A DNA stretch of 18,421 bases from Gemmatimonadota bacterium (GTDB taxonomy: Bacteria > Latescibacterota > UBA2968 > UBA8231): contig JAYPJE010000071.1 of assembly GCA_038128265.1 (NCBI GenBank), positions 1 through 18,421 of the forward strand, read 5' to 3'. Position 1 is the stretch's first letter. Each line of letters opens with the position of its first letter. Shown here piece by piece: positions 15,082 through 18,421 of this stretch. A program made the translations under genes and the position numbers. Below the pieces are notes generated by a model. That model made no database searches, was not told the DNA's origin, and was given only the letters and a program-made list of their open reading frames with translations.

Positions 15082-16340
15082 TCGTCGCTGGCCCTCCACA
15101 GGCGCGGCACGGGCACCGGCGTATCGGGAAGGTCCCAATAGCCGGAATCTTCCGGGGCCTGCGTGAAATGGGGACAGGTCAGGCCGTGGCGATCCCATAC
15201 TACCTGGCCGGCGCGCAGCGTGAGCGCGCACTCGAGGCGGTACTCACTTTCGAGCACGCCCCAACCGCAGTCGCGGTAGCAGAAGTTGCCCTGCAGAACG
15301 CCCAAAATGGCCAAATCGGCTTCGGCGCCAATGCTCAGCGTGCCCAGCTGCGGGCGCCGCAGCGCACGCGCCGGCGTGACGGTGGAGCGGTAGATGACCT
15401 CCTGAAGAGGCATGCCCATCGCCATGCACTTGGACATGGTGTCGAGCATGCTGTGCACGTGGCCGTTGATATTGCCCATGTGCAGGTCGGTGCTGATAGA
15501 GTCGGGTGGGAATTTGTCCTGCATGGCCGGCACGGCGTTGCGGTACCAAAAGCTGGCCGCTCCGTGGCCCAAATCAAAGTGGATGCCGCGGGCGCGCGCC
15601 TCGCGCATATACTCGTATACCTTGCCGTTGTCATCGACAACGGGAAACTGGCGCGCAAAGACGTGGGTGTGGATATCGCCGGGGCGCAGGTGCTTGAGGA
15701 TCAAATCGTCGTAAGGGCGCTCGGGTGGGCGCGGCCAGAAGTCGACCATCACCGGCATTTTGCACAATTCGCCGGCCTCGACGGCCTTGTCGACCGACTC
15801 CCAAGGCGGGTGTTCGGCGTCAAAGGGTTCGCTGGTCCAATAGTGTGCGGTTTTGATGCCGACGACTACGTCATCGTGCGCCGAAGCGGCTTCGGCGGCC
15901 CGTTTGGCATCAAAGTTGGAAATGACCTGCTCGGCGCTGTTCATGCCGGGCGCAGCGATGTTGACGTAGGCGAGGATGCGCGTTTTGGCTTTGTCGATTA
16001 CCGTCTCGCGAAAATGGTCTAGTTCGTCGGCCCCGGCCGTTCCCGTATCGGCACAGGTCGTCACGCCCTCTTTAAGAAAGTGCGCGTCTGCGTGCAGTGA
16101 GCCGACCATGCTTACTTCCGCCGGGCGCGTGTGATAGGCGTGCACGTGTATGTCGATCAGGCCCGGTGTGACGACTAAGTTGCTCGCATCGATGAGTTTA
16201 ATCGCCTCTTCAGCGGGAATGTTTTCTTCTACGCGGGCAATGCGGCCGTGCTTGATACCGACGTCTCGCACCCCGTCGATTTCGTTGGCCGGATCGATTA
16301 CGTGGCCGCCTTTGATAAGCAAATCGAGCTTGTCGGGCAT
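15078..16340 (-). CDS. Amidohydrolase/deacetylase-family metallohydrolase (dihydroorotase-like)
   Basis: DLLIKGGHVIDP, TPGLIDIHVH (HxH), GVTTCADTGTAG, VGIK (candidate carbamylated Lys), LRPGDIHTH, FDLGHG, SISTDLH, GTLSIGAEADLA. AGGA RBS. Confidence 0.9.
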   Translation of the reverse strand: MPDKLDLLIKGGHVIDPANEIDGVRDVGIKHGRIARVEENIPAEEAIKLIDASNLVVTPGLIDIHVHAYHTRPAEVSMVGSLHADAHFLKEGVTTCADTGTAGADELDHFRETVIDKAKTRILAYVNIAAPGMNSAEQVISNFDAKRAAEAASAHDDVVVGIKTAHYWTSEPFDAEHPPWESVDKAVEAGELCKMPVMVDFWPRPPERPYDDLILKHLRPGDIHTHVFARQFPVVDDNGKVYEYMREARARGIHFDLGHGAASFWYRNAVPAMQDKFPPDSISTDLHMGNINGHVHSMLDTMSKCMAMGMPLQEVIYRSTVTPARALRRPQLGTLSIGAEADLAILGVLQGNFCYRDCGWGVLESEYRLECALTLRAGQVVWDRHGLTCPHFTQAPEDSGYWDLPDTPVPVPRLWRASDE

Positions 16341-16385
16341 AGTTGTCCTGTCCTTTTTGATGGGCCTAAATGGCGCGACGGCCAG

Positions 16386-16414
16386 AAGATAGAACGCCCC
16401 CAGATAGGCGTCAA
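16386..16414 (-). promoter_or_regulatory. Sigma70-type promoter for the amidohydrolase operon
   Basis: Minus strand TTGACG (16414-16409), 17 nt spacer, TATCTT (16391-16386). Confidence 0.65.
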
Positions 16415-16424
16415 CGGAGTTAAG

Positions 16425-16454
16425 TTGACAACCCCACTGCTCTTGGAGTACAAT
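16425..16454 (+). promoter_or_regulatory. Sigma70-type promoter for the nfeD operon
   Basis: TTGACA (16425-16430), 18 nt spacer, TACAAT (16449-16454). Confidence 0.7.
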
Positions 16455-16493
16455 CTAGTCCACGCTACCATTAATATCATGGAATAGAGCATT

Positions 16494-17828
16494 ATGCGTT
16501 CTCTGACACGATGTGCCTTGCTGCTGTGCTGCGCGCTTCTGCCTTGGAGTCATGCGTGGGCACAGACGGTTTACCACGTCGATATGAAACTCGAAGGGAT
16601 GATCGATCCCGGCGTATCGGCCTTTGTCGAGCGCGTGGTCGAAGATGCCGAAGCCAACGGCGTCGATGCCATTGTCTTTGAAATCGATACCTTTGGTGGC
16701 CGGGTCGATGCCGCGACCGTAATTCGCGATGCGATCCTCGACAGCGAAGCGCTCACTATTGCTTTTATCAACAAGCGCGCCATTTCGGCCGGGGCGCTGA
16801 TCTCGCTGGCCTGCGACAAGATCGTCATGGCGCAGGCGGCCACCATGGGTGCAACGACGCCCGTCGACGGGTCGGGTACTAAAGCCAGCGACAAAGTTAC
16901 CTCGTACATGCGCGCCGAGATGCGGGCTACGGCTGAGCGCACGGGACGCGATGCGAAAATTGCCGAGGCGATGGTCGACGAGCGCGTCGATATTGCCGGG
17001 CTCAGCGCCGAGGCGGGAAGACCGGCGACGCTGACGACGGAACAGGCTCTCAACTACGAGATGGCCGATGAGACGGCCGAGTCGCTGCGCGACGTGCTGC
17101 GCATTTACGACCTGGGCGACGCCGACGTGACAAAGATCGAGCTCAACTGGGCCGAGCACGTCGTGCGCCTGCTAACCCATCCGATTGTCACGTCGATTCT
17201 GCTGGCGGTGGCGATGTTTGGCCTGATTGCCGAAGTGCGCACGCCCGGCTGGGGTTTGGGTGGCACGCTGGCATTGGTCGCGCTGGCCATCTTCTTTGGC
17301 AGCCATCTCGTCGTCAAGCTGGCCGAGTGGCAGGAATTGGCGCTCTTTGCCGTGGGCTTGGGTCTACTCATAGTCGAAATTATCGCCATACCCGGTTTTG
17401 GTCTGGTTGGTTTAGTTGGCGTAGGGCTAATGCTGGGCAGTTTGGTCGTCACGCAAATGGGCGATTTCCAACTGTGGAGCGTAGACGAAATTGCCGTTAT
17501 CGTCGCGCGGCTATCGGCTTCGATGATCGGTGCGTTCGTGCTGTCGCTGGTCATGCTGCGCTCGCTGCCGCGCATGGCGGCCTTTAATCGCTTGGTATTA
17601 CAGGCCGAGACGCGCTCGTCCGAAGGCTATGTCTCGTCTTCGCGCGAAGGCGACAGCGACTTGTTCGGCAAGGAAGGCGTCACCGTTAGCGAGCTGCGTC
17701 CGGCTGGGATAGCCCTGATCGACGGGCGACGCTTAGACGTAGTTACCGACGGCGACTTTGTCGATGCACAGCAGTCGGTCAGGGTCGTCGAGGCGCGCGG
17801 CAACCGCGTCGTCGTACGTCCGCTATAG
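16494..17828 (+). CDS. nfeD: Long NfeD family membrane-bound serine protease (ClpP class, NfeD1b/YqeZ-like)
   Basis: Signal peptide ending AWA; IDTFGGRVDAA; AISAGALISLACD (Ser) and SDKVTSY (Lys) dyad; AEAMVD; TM bundle with EIIAIPGFG; C-terminal OB fold (LRPAG, DVVTDGDFV, GNRVVV). Confidence 0.92.
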   Translation: MRSLTRCALLLCCALLPWSHAWAQTVYHVDMKLEGMIDPGVSAFVERVVEDAEANGVDAIVFEIDTFGGRVDAATVIRDAILDSEALTIAFINKRAISAGALISLACDKIVMAQAATMGATTPVDGSGTKASDKVTSYMRAEMRATAERTGRDAKIAEAMVDERVDIAGLSAEAGRPATLTTEQALNYEMADETAESLRDVLRIYDLGDADVTKIELNWAEHVVRLLTHPIVTSILLAVAMFGLIAEVRTPGWGLGGTLALVALAIFFGSHLVVKLAEWQELALFAVGLGLLIVEIIAIPGFGLVGLVGVGLMLGSLVVTQMGDFQLWSVDEIAVIVARLSASMIGAFVLSLVMLRSLPRMAAFNRLVLQAETRSSEGYVSSSREGDSDLFGKEGVTVSELRPAGIALIDGRRLDVVTDGDFVDAQQSVRVVEARGNRVVVRPL

Positions 17829-17843
17829 CACGAGGACACCCGT

Positions 17844-18380
17844 ATGATCGAATTGCTGGCCGACAGTAGCACGGCGGCCCATTGGGCCTATGCGCTGGCG
17901 CTGTTGGTGCTGGGTTTTGTGCTGATGCTGCTGGAAGTGTTCGTAATCCCCGGCCTCAACATATTTGGTATTACCGGTTTTCTTGCCGCCGTAGCCGGAG
18001 TCTACTTCGCCTACGCAAAAATGGGTCTTTTCGCCGCAGCGGTGGTCGCAAGTATCGGCCTGCTGGGGACACTTGTGCTCGTGCGCTTAGTGCTTAGAAT
18101 GCGCGGCTGGCAGCGCCTGGTGCTCAGCAGCTCGACCTCGCGCGACGGGGGATACAACTCGGCCAGACCGGGTCGTGACGAGTTGCTCGGGCAGACCGGC
18201 ACGGCGCTGACGCCGCTGCGTCCAGCCGGGCGCGTCCAGCTGGGCGAACAGGCCGTGGACGTGGTAACTGAAGGGGGTTTTGTCGAGCGCGGTGCCGCCG
18301 TAGAGGTGGTGCGCGTGGCCGGCAATCGCGTCGTCGTACACGAGGCCGTTCAAGCCGCTAATGATTCACAGCAGTCTTAA
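17844..18380 (+). CDS. Short NfeD family protein (TM helices plus OB fold, no protease domain)
   Basis: LLEVFVIPG, LLGQTGTALTPLRPAG, DVVTEGGFV, GNRVVV. GAGGA RBS. Confidence 0.88.
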   Translation: MIELLADSSTAAHWAYALALLVLGFVLMLLEVFVIPGLNIFGITGFLAAVAGVYFAYAKMGLFAAAVVASIGLLGTLVLVRLVLRMRGWQRLVLSSSTSRDGGYNSARPGRDELLGQTGTALTPLRPAGRVQLGEQAVDVVTEGGFVERGAAVEVVRVAGNRVVVHEAVQAANDSQQS

Positions 18381-18410
18381 TACACTCAACTCCTCGTAAG
18401 GGAGCGTGCT

Positions 18411-18421
18411 ATGGAATTACT
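18411..18421 (+). CDS. Start of the next gene (MEL...), possibly an SPFH/flotillin-like FloA partner
   Basis: ATG at 18411 after AAGGGAG RBS (18398-18404). Identity inferred only from the usual nfeD-SPFH gene linkage; just 3 full codons are visible. Confidence 0.4.

Noticed and set aside
15078..16340. Calling the amidohydrolase pyrC (true dihydroorotase)
   Set aside because: It lacks the HxHxR substrate-binding Arg (reads HVHAY) and has no pyr gene context.
15168..17159. Long antisense ORFs (15168-16022 plus, 16455-17159 minus; similarly 2716-3441 minus)
   Set aside because: They lie antisense to well-supported genes, as expected from codon bias in GC-rich DNA, and show no recognisable motifs.

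Overview
GC-rich bacterial chromosomal window with no integrase, transposase, RNA gene or CRISPR array detected. Left part: a partial PhyH-family dioxygenase (minus strand, missed by the ORF track) is divergent from a plus-strand run of bicupin, DUF3500 protein, atypical GH13 alpha-amylase-family enzyme, FKBP-type PPIase lipoprotein and a TIM-barrel sugar isomerase/epimerase, closed by a bidirectional terminator. Middle part (minus strand): amidohydrolase, GT-C-like membrane protein, then a sigma70-like promoter with operator repeats upstream of a Phd/YefM antitoxin, sodium:solute symporter, VapC PIN toxin, hrpA RNA helicase, HAD phosphatase and a small membrane-anchored coiled-coil protein. 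Right part: back-to-back promoters, then long nfeD, short nfeD and the start of a further gene. The most unusual feature is an apparently cognate antitoxin/VapC pair split by a 2.1 kb symporter gene and run directly into hrpA. All family calls come from motif recognition by eye, not from database searches.
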